DNA of 64,000 nt, taken from the NCBI GenBank assembly GCA_951406725.2, contig OX597822.1:16492001-16556000 (forward strand), written 5' to 3'. Shown one piece after another: positions 13,736 to 25,841 of the stretch. Position numbers and translations under genes: made by a program. The stretch comes from Octopus vulgaris (taxonomy: Eukaryota). Position 1 is the first letter of the stretch. Each line of letters starts with the position of its first letter. The notes under the pieces are model-generated. The model was given only the letters and a program-made list of their open reading frames with translations, ran no database searches and had not been told where the DNA came from.

Positions 13736-16700
13736 ATTTATTACTATTCTGATGCAGCTTCCATCGAAAAAGAATTATTTCTTTGTTACAATTATATCAT
13801 CGTGAAATGTCGCTATAATGACATTTGGTCGAAGACAAAAACAAACAGGCGCGGGGAACAAGGGAATGGTATTTCTCAATGACAGTACGTTTTAATGAGC
13901 CACTGATCTTTAAACTCTTTTTGTTTTTGTTAATTGTTCCTAATTATCTCTGGGACCTTGTCACAAAAGGCACTGTTTGGCGAAAAACTATTTTACTATT
14001 TCTAATGTTTATCTATTGCCGTTCTAATCTACAAACCTAAGTGTTTGGAGTAACTTACGTCAAGATTATTATGCATTTTCAAACACAATTTTATAGAAAT
14101 AAAGGTGCAGGGCGATCAAAAGACCGTAACTGTAACGAAACGAACATTTACCAAAACAAGAGTCTAAAGATCTTTAAACATTTAGTAAAAAAAAAAGCAT
14201 GAAAATATTTTATTCTTTATTCAGAATCAATCGTGTGGCTGTTGCATACACTTAACTGTATCAATAGCTGACTGTTTCGTTCTTCGAGACATACAGATCA
14301 TTTTTTTCTACAATATAAAGATGGTGCCGCACTTTTAAGATTAGGGAGTCACCTGGCTTACGCACGAAAGCAAAAATATTTAACTTTTCCTTCATTGTGC
14401 GAATTTTCTTAATAACTTCGCTACTTTAGCTCAAATGAATAAAACACTATAACGAAACTTCCCTTTAATACGACGTCAAACACAACATAATTTCCCTCAA
14501 ATGAAGCCAAGATATAATCTGGATTGTTGGCTTCTGTTAAATTGTTTAATTAAATTTTCATATGAAAGCACAACATTTAATTACGACTGTACATGGTAAT
14601 GTTTTCTCATCTTAAGCCGCTTTGAAATATAAAGGTATAATTTCCAAAATAGCAGTCTTAATTTCTTTCAATTTACTGAAAGAGGACCTAACATTATTTT
14701 GATTCTAACTGAAAATAATCCACCTTATAAGAAATGGAATTATTATTATTATTTCACTGTATATACACACAGTTTAATAATTGAATTGTATACATTTCAT
14801 TTCGCATGTTGTGACATAAACACTAATAAATTCGGTATTATTTCGCATTCTCGTTTTATAAGATTATAGCTTTACTGGGCGCTGCTAAATTTATAGAATT
14901 TCCTGAACGCTTCTGAGATGAGTAAGTCTCAGGAGCTCACGATTTGATCCTTAATAGGACTGGAAACGTGCTACACTATGAATATCTAGAGTCATTTAAA
15001 AACTGTCAATCATTAGAGAAAAAAGTACATCTTCCTTCAAGTGGCACATCAGAATTAGCGAGAAAACGCGAGTATACTCATACAGGGTGGATCAGAAACT
15101 CAACTGGGATTTTCTCACATTTTGTGGCTAACAAACAAGTTGAATTTAGTTCAATTTTTTTTCTGTAAAAGCCTAGTACACATAGCTACAGGTGATGGGT
15201 GTTTGTAGTATAAACTTCGTCAGTTGTTTGAGCAAACTCCCTCGAACGATACATTATCAGAAGGAAAGTAAAACGAACACAAGATTCTGGTTTACTCTTC
15301 ATATTAGCAACTCTGAAACTCAAATTGGTTTGGGCTTCAAAGAAGTTAATTGTCACCAGTGAGATTATTGAGTTGTATTTTGTGAGAAATTCTGGTGTCA
15401 GCTTATGATAACAGTAACGACTATTATAATATGTTAGGAGTTGGCATCAACTACTTCAGAAGAAAGAATGAAGCAGATGAATATCATACATTAAAATTGA
15501 TTAGAAGTGATGTTACAAAAAATAAATTTATTAAAATCAGAGTCGACGACATTGCAAAGAGCAACGCAACCATTTGATTATGTCTTCACGTTTGGAAGTA
15601 ATAATGAGCATTGAAAAGTCAGACAGTTTACCATATAATTTGATTAGATACAGTATACTTTGTTCATAAGATAAATGTTTCCAGTCGGACAGAATAAAAT
15701 TACTAAATGTGTGTTTGTTCTACTGTCCCAAACATACGTAAGGTGATATGTTTCATTTCACGGAAATGGCGTGGTTTGGTGTCAGATCGTCGGATTGATT
15801 GATTTGTTTAACTGCACCAAAAGAATTGTTTGTAAGCCTGTTGTTTGTTTGAATTATTCAGGAGCTTATATAAAATCGGCAAGGTGTTGGGAGAGATTAT
15901 CGATCATTCCTTGCCATGTTACTCAGCTATCTTTATTGACACAATAGTATCTGCATCTATATACAAACAGTTACTGAATTTAGTTACTATTGCAACAGGT
16001 CACATGATGTAGATGTGAATTTCAAGTGCGCCAACTGGCAGTCAACCGTCTTCAAAGTCTATAAAATTCATTTCACATTTTCTATAAGTCACACCAAACT
16101 TAGTAAAAGGTGATCTGCCCAGAAATGAGGACACACACACACATCCCTAACACGTTCTGGTAGATTTGGTTGAAAATATGCTAATCGCCATTGTATTTCG
16201 ACTAAGAATAACTTAACCCTTTATATCATACGAGATGACAACACAATTGATTTAGAAACTTGGGGGAAATTTGTGACGTATGTATTTCAACCGCATCGTG
16301 TGGGTTTCGTCTACTCCCGGATGTCTGAATCTAAATAAGACGTATGATTCTTGTCCATAGAATTCAGTAAGGAAGCTATTTATCAGTGCGTGATGTCTGA
16401 CATGTTTATAAATTATTATTGTCAGGTAAAACAGCACCAAACAAAACCATCATACACATATTCCTTTTTAGTATGTTCCATCAAATTTGAACATGAATAT
16501 GTTAACTAATGTTGTAATACACCCATGGAGAACACCTCTATTCAGACAATGTATGTTGATAACACACACTCGATACGTTGGTTTTGACGATATTTAAAAT
16601 GTGGTGAAAACTATTCTAGTTGGCGATGTAAATAAACTGCTTTGACTTCTCTGAGCCCAGAAGGCTTGCGAAGCCATGAGCACAGATCGTTTCCTTCAGG

Positions 16701-18400
16701 GGCACCTGTGAAATGATTTTAATCCAGTGATACATGTCAACAAACCACTCTCGTCAACGACACAATAATTTAATGAATCAAGTGTTTCATGTGACTACTA
16801 TTAAGGGTATCATTGACCAGCTTATAAAGTTTTTGACATGATCAGCTGGAGTATAGTTCAAACTGAAAACACAAGCTGAAAAGTGAACAGAAATTCTTCA
16901 CATCTATCAGTAACTCTCAAAAACTAACGTAGAAAACAAAACAATCTGTTTCATCCTGAAGACCTGGGAAAACGAGCTGTTATCAATTTCACAATTAACT
17001 TTTATATTGATCACAAATATATGACAACAGGGCAAAGTGCATGTTAACGAATTACATGCCATTTAACATTAGTATGAATTATTCAAACAGTAAAATCAAT
17101 TACTAATCTTCTTCGGTTTCATCAGCGACGAAGTTTGATGCATTACTACAAAGGAAATTAAACAGATTTTATATCAACATCCAAGATTACATCTGAGATT
17201 TTTAAGCATTCGAGTTTCTCCGGTGCTGACCTTTTGGCTGCAAGGTCAGAGTATCTTATCGGACAGCCAGTCTCAATACATTCATCATTTACATTGACAG
17301 CAACATTTCAATTTTCAAATATTCCATATTTTTTTCATCCGAACTAGTTTAGATTTCGACAGAATATGATTCTAGAGTTAGATACACCAAATGAAAAGAA
17401 AATATTTAAATCTTTAAAGTTGCTCCTATCACCTAGTGGATTATGGGACTCTGGCAGGAACTAAATGAAAAACAAAGTAATATAATGCATAACTCAGTAT
17501 TCTGTCATTTTAATCTATTTTTCATGCCAATGATATTTTCGATTTATCGGGTCTTAGTATTTCCACAATGCTAAATTTATGTTTTAAAAATCGAGAAGAA
17601 AAATGAATTTCATTCTCCTTTTATTGAATAATCTAAAACTCCTGTTTGAAATCTACGATCCCCAAGCTTGAAGAGGGAAAAGGCATTTTCACATATTAAA
17701 TGATTTCTTTGGTAACAATTTCTTTTTGTTATAATCAGCAGCTGAAAAATCTGTTGTCATATGATAGCAGCAATTTCCTTGGCATTTTCACCAAGTTGGA
17801 AACAATTATAACATTTTGTCTTTGAAGAGATTTTCCAGTCAGTTGTTTGTTCTAGGGCACAAACCTTCGTTTGAAATTTCAAGAGATTCTGTCGTACATT
17901 TTTCCCTTACAGACTTTATCCAATGTCCGGTTTGAAAATACTACCTGCACCTGGCTGGCCTTAGTAAAAGCACTTCTTTAGTAAACAGTCGAACTGGGCC
18001 TCTCTGTGGCTGGTAACTTCCACTTTTTCTCCCACCTGTCACAGCAGCTCTCCCAGCAGGTCCCAGATGCGCCAGTCTTCCTTCCACTTAATCATAAAAA
18101 AGAAGGAAAAATATAATTAACCAACGTCTTAACGAAGATACTATAAAAATTCACGAAGCTTGATTACTTTGATAGTAATCTTCCTTAACAACAACCAATT
18201 TGTATCTTTATTAAAGATAATGCTTATCTATTATATTTGCACACCTCTACATCTCACCTACTTTCTGTAATCGTTTGTTCATCAAATTGTAACTATGTAC
18301 GTCAATCAAATCTTTCTGTCTCATTTCATTCAATTTAAAAAAAAACATCCTAATTCAACGTCTTCATTTAACAAAGTCTGCTGATGTATTATCGAACGAC

Positions 18401-18456
<56 letters not shown>

Positions 18457-18492
18457 ATGTATGCATGTATGTATGTATGTATAAAATTATAC

Positions 18493-19009
18493 GCTGGAAA
18501 TAGTAGCCAAAACTTGACTCTAAAACCATTTTAAATGTTCATACAGCACCAGGAGAGAAGACAAAGAGACAAAAGAAACTAGCAAAAAAATTACTGGATA
18601 ATTTCAGATCCAGGATTTCTGGTTCTGCATAAGAAATGCTCTGCCTTCATCAGTGGAATATACTAAGATAGCACATAAATACAAATATATGCACATACAA
18701 CATACGATATACTTACATATACGAACATATGCATACATATATATGCACGTATGCACACGACCAGTTTAAATTGTCCGCCTAAAACTCCTCGTGCGATATG
18801 GTCAGAATAAATATATAAATAGATACAATGATAAATGATACAATAGATAAATGTTAAATAGATACAATATATAAATTTATATAGATAAGGATACTGAAGT
18901 TATCCAGTAATGTTTTGCTAGTTTATTTTGTCTCTTTGTCTTCTCTCTTGGTGCTGTATGATCATTTAATCTGGTTTTAGAGTCAAGTTTTGACTGCTAT
19001 TTTCAGCAT
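18493..19009. repeat. Inverted repeat, ~120-bp arms (18493-18611 / 18889-19009)
   Basis: gctggaaatagtagccaaaacttgactctaaaacca...ttactggata is the reverse complement of tatccagtaa...tggttttagagtcaagttttgactgctattttcagc, with scattered mismatches. Confidence 0.9.
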
Positions 19010-20774
19010 TGTGGTATCTCTTAGATACCCTAAATTATATTTTTTAAATAATCATTACCTTTGAAGGTTTTAATTCCCGTGCTGGCCGCCTGATAAAATC
19101 GGTATTTAAATATCGATCTTATCCTTATTTATATAGATATATATATACGTAAAATATATAGCGTAGCTAATGTTTTTCGAAATTTCACTACCAGTGGCCT
19201 AGCATGTATAAAAAGTCAATAGACAACATAAAGTAGACCAAATTTCACATCAACTTTAAATGGATACAAATATAAAACAGCTTACGATTTCGTGTTACTT
19301 TAACATTTATTTGATTCGTATTCCGACCAGATTGAAACTCATATTTTTTCGCTTCCTTTTCCTAAGTTGGTTCTTTTAATATTCGCCTGTTTATTGCTCT
19401 ACGCTCAACAGTTTTCTTTTCAATACTACGTTACTTTGCAGCTTTTTTATAACAATTTCGGCAAATATTACTTACTTTTAGCTATTATAAGCTAGCCTCC
19501 CTCTCTAGTCACTACAAATTTAGAAGGAATTCCTCAAACTAAGATCCTTCGATGAAAAGTAATTTACAAAATGAAAATAACCTCTTCCTGCCTCTCGGCT
19601 TTATTTGCAATAGGTATCAGACTACCTCCAAGGGCTTTAGTATTATTAGGTTTTGCATCATTGAACAAATAGATTATTTGTATACCTCTTTGATAAATGA
19701 AAGATGTTATTTGTAAACGGCAAATCATAAATCTGCATTAAAGGAATCCCTTTAACAGAAGTTCAGTGATTTCATCAGCTTAATCTGCTCCGTTTATCGA
19801 CATTTTCATTTGATAACGTAATATTTGAATATAAGAAAGAAGCGTGAATCATATGAACACACATATGTATGTATATACGTACAGAACCGAACATTTATTC
19901 GTTGCTCATATACACACATCTAACACATATTCCTATGCTCCTGTGATGAACGTAATGCTTGCACAAATAATTGTAAAAGGAACAATCGTCAAAGAAGATG
20001 TTTAATGACGGAGCAGTTATTAACTTGCGCAATCGGGTATCATAAATGTGGTCAGGTTACATCGTTATAACCCCATAGATTTAAATGTTAGACGAAGCTT
20101 TATACTCAGTTGTACGTGACAGCAAAAGATGATATGCGACTCACATCATAGCACTGTGGCCATTGTAAAATATTTAGTTTAAATATTACTCCATCACACA
20201 TTGTCTGCATCCTTCTAGCAAACGGAACAGGTTCAAATGAGAGCTACATACTCCATTTCTTGCTCATATATAAAGTAAATGTGTGTGTGTGTGTGTGTAT
20301 ATATATATTATATATTTTTTTCTTCTTCATCTCCTTTCTTCCCTTCTCCAAATTCACAGACAACCCCCCCACACACACACACACACGCACACACACACAC
20401 ACCTCCACAAAACAATAATAAAAAGAATTCTTCTCTAAAACCTCAAAACCAAATGCAAAAACACACACACACACATGCTCTCTCTCTCTCTCTCACACTT
20501 TCTCCACATCCATCACCCTTTTGTACTGTCTTATATCCCTCCCCACCACTACACACTCAATAACACTATAAAATGGTCAAAACGTTTTTAACAGGAACTT
20601 AGTTCGATTTGAAAACCCCACTAGAATGGGAGAAAGCGCTAATACATGATCTAAGTTATATGATGTATAAAAACATGTAATATACAAATAAATATCTGTA
20701 AATATAAAACCATCCGAATTTCTGAGTACCTCATTTCTTCTAATATAAAATACAAGTACACCATCTCCAAACCT

Positions 20775-20900
<126 letters not shown>

Positions 20901-21009
20901 TTATTTATAAATATATATATTTATAAAATCCTGAACTGAAAGACTTCGCCAGGTGGTGCTATTAAGTTAGACATGGCCTGGGCCAATACTGGCCAAAACC
21001 TTTCTAAGT

Positions 21010-21042
<33 letters not shown>

Positions 21043-21052
21043 GTATATATAG

Positions 21053-21139
<87 letters not shown>

Positions 21140-21380
21140 GACCACTGGTCTTAATTATATAATCAATTTCTACCCTTAATTAATTTTATATAAATAAATG
21201 TTCTCTAACCGATAAATTAACTGCTGCTAATTATTAGCTGCAGGCTGGTTTTCTCGGGTCTCAACGCGCCAAAGTAAAGGCATTTGAAAGATATATCCAA
21301 ATGTAATAGGCTGAACTCCATGCACGCGATATTTCGGTATCGTGTTTGCATTTAGTCCAGCAAATTACATTTATAACGGA

Positions 21381-21445
21381 CCATGCTGATGATGGCTGCA
21401 GTTTTCCTTGCGGAAAATAACAGCTGAAACTAAGTTAGTACATGG
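21381..21445 (+). ncRNA. Type I hammerhead ribozyme, copy 1
   Basis: ccatg-CTGATGA-t-ggctg[cagttttccttgcggaaaataa]cagct-GAA-acta agt tagt-A-catgg. Stem I ccatg/catgg, stem II ggctg/cagct, stem III acta/tagt, GUA triplet; predicted cut after 21440. Confidence 0.8.
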
Positions 21446-21885
21446 GTAATTATTTTATTTCGTATATTTTTCACTTGTTTATTGCTATGGTTTTGTGTTG
21501 AGTTTGATCTGAGAACATAATATTTTGTGGAGAATGACGATTTGACGTCTATATCTAGCATGTTGACTGTCCACTTTTCGTGTTCAGTCCTTAATTGGTA
21601 TATATAAATATTTTAATCTTCGGATTCTTTTTTAATATGCTAGACCACTGGTCTTAATTGATAAATATCAATTTCTACCCTTAATTAATTTTATATAAAT
21701 AAATGTTCTCTAACCGATAAATTAACTGCTGCTAATTATTAGCTGCAGGCTGGTTTTCTCGGGTCTCAACGCGCCAAAGTAAAGGCATTTGAAAGATATA
21801 TCCAAATGTAATAGGCTGAACTCCATGCACGCGATATTTCGGTATCGTGTTTGCATTTAGTCCAGCAAATTACATTTATAACGGA

Positions 21886-21950
21886 CCATGCTGATGATGG
21901 CTGCAGTTTTCCTTGCGGAAAATAACAGCTGAAACTAAGTTAGTACATGG
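21886..21950 (+). ncRNA. Type I hammerhead ribozyme, copy 2
   Basis: Identical to 21381-21445; predicted cut after 21945. Confidence 0.8.
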
Positions 21951-22101
21951 GTAATTATTTTATTTCGTATATTTTTCACTTGTTTATTGCTATGGTTTTG
22001 TGTTGAGTTTGATCTGAGAACATAATCTTTTGTGGAGAATGACGATTTGACGTCTATATCTAGCATGTTGACTGTCCACTTTTCGTGTTCAGTCCTTAAT
22101 T

Positions 22102-22158
<57 letters not shown>

Positions 22159-22222
22159 TTTGATACTTTGATAGGTTTCGGCCATTATTGGCCCAGGCCA
22201 TGTCTAACTTAATAGCACATAT

Positions 22223-22275
22223 AAACAATTGCAGCGTGGAAGGTGTTTGTAAGCCATTCCACGCTGCAATTGTTT
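22223..22275. repeat. Perfect 19-bp-arm hairpin
   Basis: aaacaattgcagcgtggaa-(15 nt)-ttccacgctgcaattgttt. Confidence 0.92.
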
Positions 22276-22326
22276 TCGTTCCAGCACACGATCTCAGATC
22301 AAATCACTTGCTATGCGAGTACATCT

Positions 22327-22364
<38 letters not shown>

Positions 22365-22367
<3 letters not shown>

Positions 22368-22724
22368 TGCGTGGCACGTTGAGTAACTGTCTTCTACTCT
22401 AGCCTCGGGCCGACTAAAGGCTTGTGAGCGGATTTGGTAGACGGAAACTGAAAGAAGCCCGTCGTATATATATATGTGTGTGTGTGTGTCTTGCGTGTAT
22501 GCGTGTGTGTATGTGTTTGTGTGTCTGTGTTTGTCCCCCCAACATCGCTTGTTAACCGAACTGGTGTGTTTACATCCTCGTAACATAGCGGTTCGGTAAA
22601 TGAGACCGATAGAATAAGTACTAGGTTTACAAAGAATAAGCCCTAGGGTCGATTTGCTCGACTAAAGGCGGTGCTCCAGCATGGCCACAGTCAAATGACT
22701 GAAAGAAGTAAAAGAGTAAAGAGT
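22365..22724 (+). mobile_element. SINE family B, 5'-truncated
   Basis: Reverse-complement homologue of 83-501. Confidence 0.88.
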
Positions 22725-22742
22725 ATATATATATATATATAT

Positions 22743-22905
22743 AGGGAAAGTTTACGAAAGAAAACAAACGACGAAGACAAAAAAACAAACAGATGTATAA
22801 CGCTCAGGAATAGAAAAAGTCTTTTACGTTTCGAGCCTCCGCTCTTCTACAGAAAGGGACACAGAAAACAAGGAGAGAAAAAAATGTATGTAGTGGCTAA
22901 CGATA
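22743..22905 (-). mobile_element. Hammerhead-bearing short repeat, copy 2
   Basis: Homologous to 5740-5892 and 38785-38920. Confidence 0.72.
22821..22856 (-). ncRNA. Minimal type I hammerhead-like motif, variant core CUGUAGA
   Basis: The minus strand reads cttt-CTGTAGA-a-GAGC ggag GCTC-GAA-ACGT-A-aaag, with a palindromic ACGT stem III. Confidence 0.55.
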
Positions 22906-23664
22906 TATATATATTTGAAAAAGGAAAAGAATGACGTCACTGGTGGTTCTAATCAATTTAATTTTCTAATAATATAATTTTACAGTTTGGTTTTTAGATC
23001 TAGTAAGTTCTATGTTAATTTTGGAAGGTAGGATTTTTTAAAGCTTCCTTGATAACCTTTCTGAAGAACTTTCTGGCATTCGTTGGTGGCGATTGTCAAA
23101 CTGGTCTCAGGTTGTATTGTGCTGAGTGATTCTATAGATAAGAGATTTGGGTGTGTCCATGGTGGGGTTGGGGTTTGTTAATAAGTGCAGGAGTTAAGGA
23201 GTGTTGATGAACAAGAGCTGCAAGAATAGAGTGAATGATAAAAACAAGATAATTGATTGAGGGTGGAGTTTAAAGATGGTGAGGTGTTTAAGGAGTGTTT
23301 TATGAAGGGCTTGTGAAATTGTCCTCCTGTTGGTTTCATTTGAATAGTTGACCTTTAGTAAAAAATATAATGGTCAGATGTTTTTCAAATTCTCTTATGG
23401 CTGAATCAACTATCTTAATTTTATAAACAGAAACTTCAGTAATTTTTTTATGCTAAAGATGAAATTAGGTGTGTGTTGTGGGCGAGGGTGTCATTCCCTT
23501 CCTTTTTCAAATATACCAAACTGTACGAAGGATTTCACACATTTTCCTATATATATATATATATATATACATAATAAATGTAGGTGGTATACGAGTGGGT
23601 ATATAGTTATAAAAAAGAAGTTTGAAAACGCCACTATATAAGATAAATGTTAATTTTCTTAGAA

Positions 23665-23712
23665 ATTTTACAGGTTTCGGTTCTTCTTGAAAAAACGAAC
23701 CTTATCAAAAAT
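23665..23712 (-). ncRNA. Minimal type I hammerhead-like motif with U3-A8 core
   Basis: The minus strand reads attt-TTGATAA-GGTTC(gttttttcaagaa)GAACC-GAA-ACCTGT-A-aaat. Confidence 0.5.
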
Positions 23713-24109
23713 ATTTTAAAAAGTTAAGTGTAATAAAAAAGTTCATAATTGTTTCTTATTAGTTTCAACTGAGTCCACGTGGTGGGTTTTTGTGGGGGGA
23801 GCATAATAGCTGTCTTGCGTTTGACTGGATTCGTTGGTTGAAGTTGGGGAAATGACCAGTGACCGAAATAGCAGTAGTAGCAGTGACTGTTGGTCGTAGT
23901 AGTAGTGACCGTGGTTGTGGTGGTTGGATATACAGCAGTTTATTGGCTGTAGTAGTAGCAACATCAGCAGTGGTTGGAGTTGTGATGGCAGTTCATTGGC
24001 TGTAGTAGTAGCAGCAGTAGTGGAAGTGACCGTTATCAGCAGCAGTGGAAGACTGTGTTGGTCGTAGTAGTGATAGTAGTGACCATAATGGTTGTAGTAG
24101 TAGTATTAA

Positions 24110-24191
<82 letters not shown>

Positions 24192-24200
24192 TGTAGTAGT
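24110..24200. repeat. (TAG)n microsatellite
   Basis: Direct reading. Confidence 0.95.
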
Positions 24201-24242
24201 AATAGAATTCCATTTTTCTTTTAGGAAAATCGATATATAGTT

Positions 24243-24592
24243 TTAATGTTCCTGGCCCAGGCTGTTTAAACTTGGTCTGAATTTTCTAATAAAACAGAGT
24301 TCTCTATTATGACGTTGAGTGAAAGTTACGTTGTTACTGAATTGGTAAAGTGGGAAAGTTGTGAATTTGGGATTTTAATTTGAAGCACATCTGTCTATGT
24401 GCCCCCTAACAGGTATCTTCCTGTATTCAGGCTTCCTAATTTGGGATTTATGTACTGCCATCCTTTTTCGTAGGCTGTTTTTTGTATGGTCTATATATTG
24501 CCTATTGCACCCTGCGCATGTTAACACGTAAATTAAGTTTTCTGACGCACAGGTGAAGTTTGTTCTGATGGTAAAATGATGGCCTTGTTCTA
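24243..24592 (-). pseudogene. Penelope-type GIY-YIG endonuclease domain, one in-frame stop
   Basis: FTCASENLIYVLTCAGCNRQYIDHTKNSLRKRMAVHKSQIR...GHIDRCASN*NPKFTTFPLYQ...RELCFIRKFRPSLN. Contains the LIY/YI(G>D) motifs, CxxC insert, catalytic R and E, and terminal P.LN. Confidence 0.88.
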
Positions 24593-24660
24593 ATGTGTAT
24601 GTATATATATATTCATATATATATACATACACACACACTCGCACACACACATGCACACAT

Positions 24661-24753
<93 letters not shown>

Positions 24754-24783
24754 ATACAAGAAATATAAATTATTACAAATGAT

Positions 24784-24934
24784 ATTACTATCCAGCAAGA
24801 ATAAAACACCTAAAAGTGAAGCTCTACATAGCTTACCGGCTGCTATTTCTAGCAATGTTCGTACTTCGTGTACATCCGCTTTGTATACTTATAATTCTTC
24901 CTTTTACGGTGCTGTATTCTTGCTGGAAAGTAAT
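24784..24934. repeat. Imperfect inverted repeat, ~38-bp arms
   Basis: attactatccagcaagaataaaacacctaaaagtgaag pairs with cttccttttacggtgctgtattcttgctggaaagtaat. Confidence 0.75.
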
Positions 24935-25144
24935 GTTATTTTTAATAATATTTATATTTCAGTGATCTTGGTTCTGATTTTGACTGTGGATTTCAGCCGA
25001 GTAAACATGCAGAAATGTAGTGAACATTTTAAAATGTTATCGTCAACGGTCCATTCAACTGAAGAGAACCAAACGGATACGCGCTAACGCACGTGATCCG
25101 AAAAGTTTGAAACTGCAATATTGAATTACTCTTCATTCCTCAAA

Positions 25145-25680
25145 CACAGTGTGTTTATGTCAGGTCACTTTCGAGTGCTACTGGTAATATGTAACCCAGT
25201 ACAACCTGTTGCATGGTCGGGTCGTCGGCGACTAAACCGGCAACCCCACCAAGCTTGCTTGGTGAGGAGGATATTTATTGGACACTCTGCGGGATGAAAA
25301 ACAAAACCCGTCAAAGGGCAGAGGAACTCTTGAGGGTCAACGGCCATCCAATAAATGTCTTAAGGCTGTATCATGCGCGGGGACATAGAAATAATCGGAC
25401 TGAATAACCTATCGCGCGGTTAAACCATTGGGAGTGAAGGACTCCTAGCCTTTGTTAGGGCATCCTTCTAGGAGAAGGTAACTCAGGTAACTGGGATAAT
25501 CCCGACATAAAACCTGCGGCTCAGTGGTTACCGATGATGTTGACTTGTTCTTCTTTTCGGATTATGGCTGCTGTTGCTTAGTGAGTGGGATTGACTCAGT
25601 GCACAGCCTTTCTTTACTTTTCAAACAAAATCTTCTTGCACAGGCATGGTCATACTCGATAACGAGGGGGCAGCCATAAA
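25145..25680 (+). mobile_element. GC-richer non-coding retroposon-like element, possibly RTE-derived
   Basis: GC/CpG-rich block ending in (TA)n; contains gggcatccttctaggagaaggtaactc, similar to an RTE 5' UTR motif. Single copy in this window. Confidence 0.4.
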
Positions 25681-25720
25681 TATATATATGTGGATATATA
25701 TTTATATATATATGTGTGTG

Positions 25721-25764
<44 letters not shown>

Positions 25765-25791
25765 GCGTATATATGTACATATATATATTTA

Positions 25792-25841
<50 letters not shown>

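Larger units (their letters stand above)
21138..22111 (+). repeat. Near-identical tandem duplication, period ~505 bp (21138-21606; 21641-22111)
   Basis: tagaccactggtcttaatt...cagtccttaattggtatata occurs twice with only a few differences; flanked by (TA)n. Confidence 0.95.
20956..22218. repeat. 54-bp inverted repeat pair (20956-21009 / 22165-22218)
   Basis: gtgctattaagttagacatggcctgggccaat... and its reverse complement; 4 mismatches. Confidence 0.92.
23570..24595 (-). mobile_element. Penelope-like retroelement 3' remnant (GIY-YIG, 3' UTR and pseudo-LTR)
   Basis: On the minus strand a GIY-YIG coding remnant is followed by a (CTA)n-rich UTR and a hammerhead motif; bounded by (TA)-rich tracts. 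Confidence 0.75.

Noticed and set aside
14900-17000. Possible decayed DNA transposon coding region
   Set aside because: Only faint motif impressions; no defensible domain or termini.
24838-24853. GCTAGAAATAGCA (minus strand) matches part of the engineered Cas9 sgRNA scaffold
   Set aside because: Short coincidental match; no CRISPR array, cas genes or vector sequence in this eukaryotic DNA.
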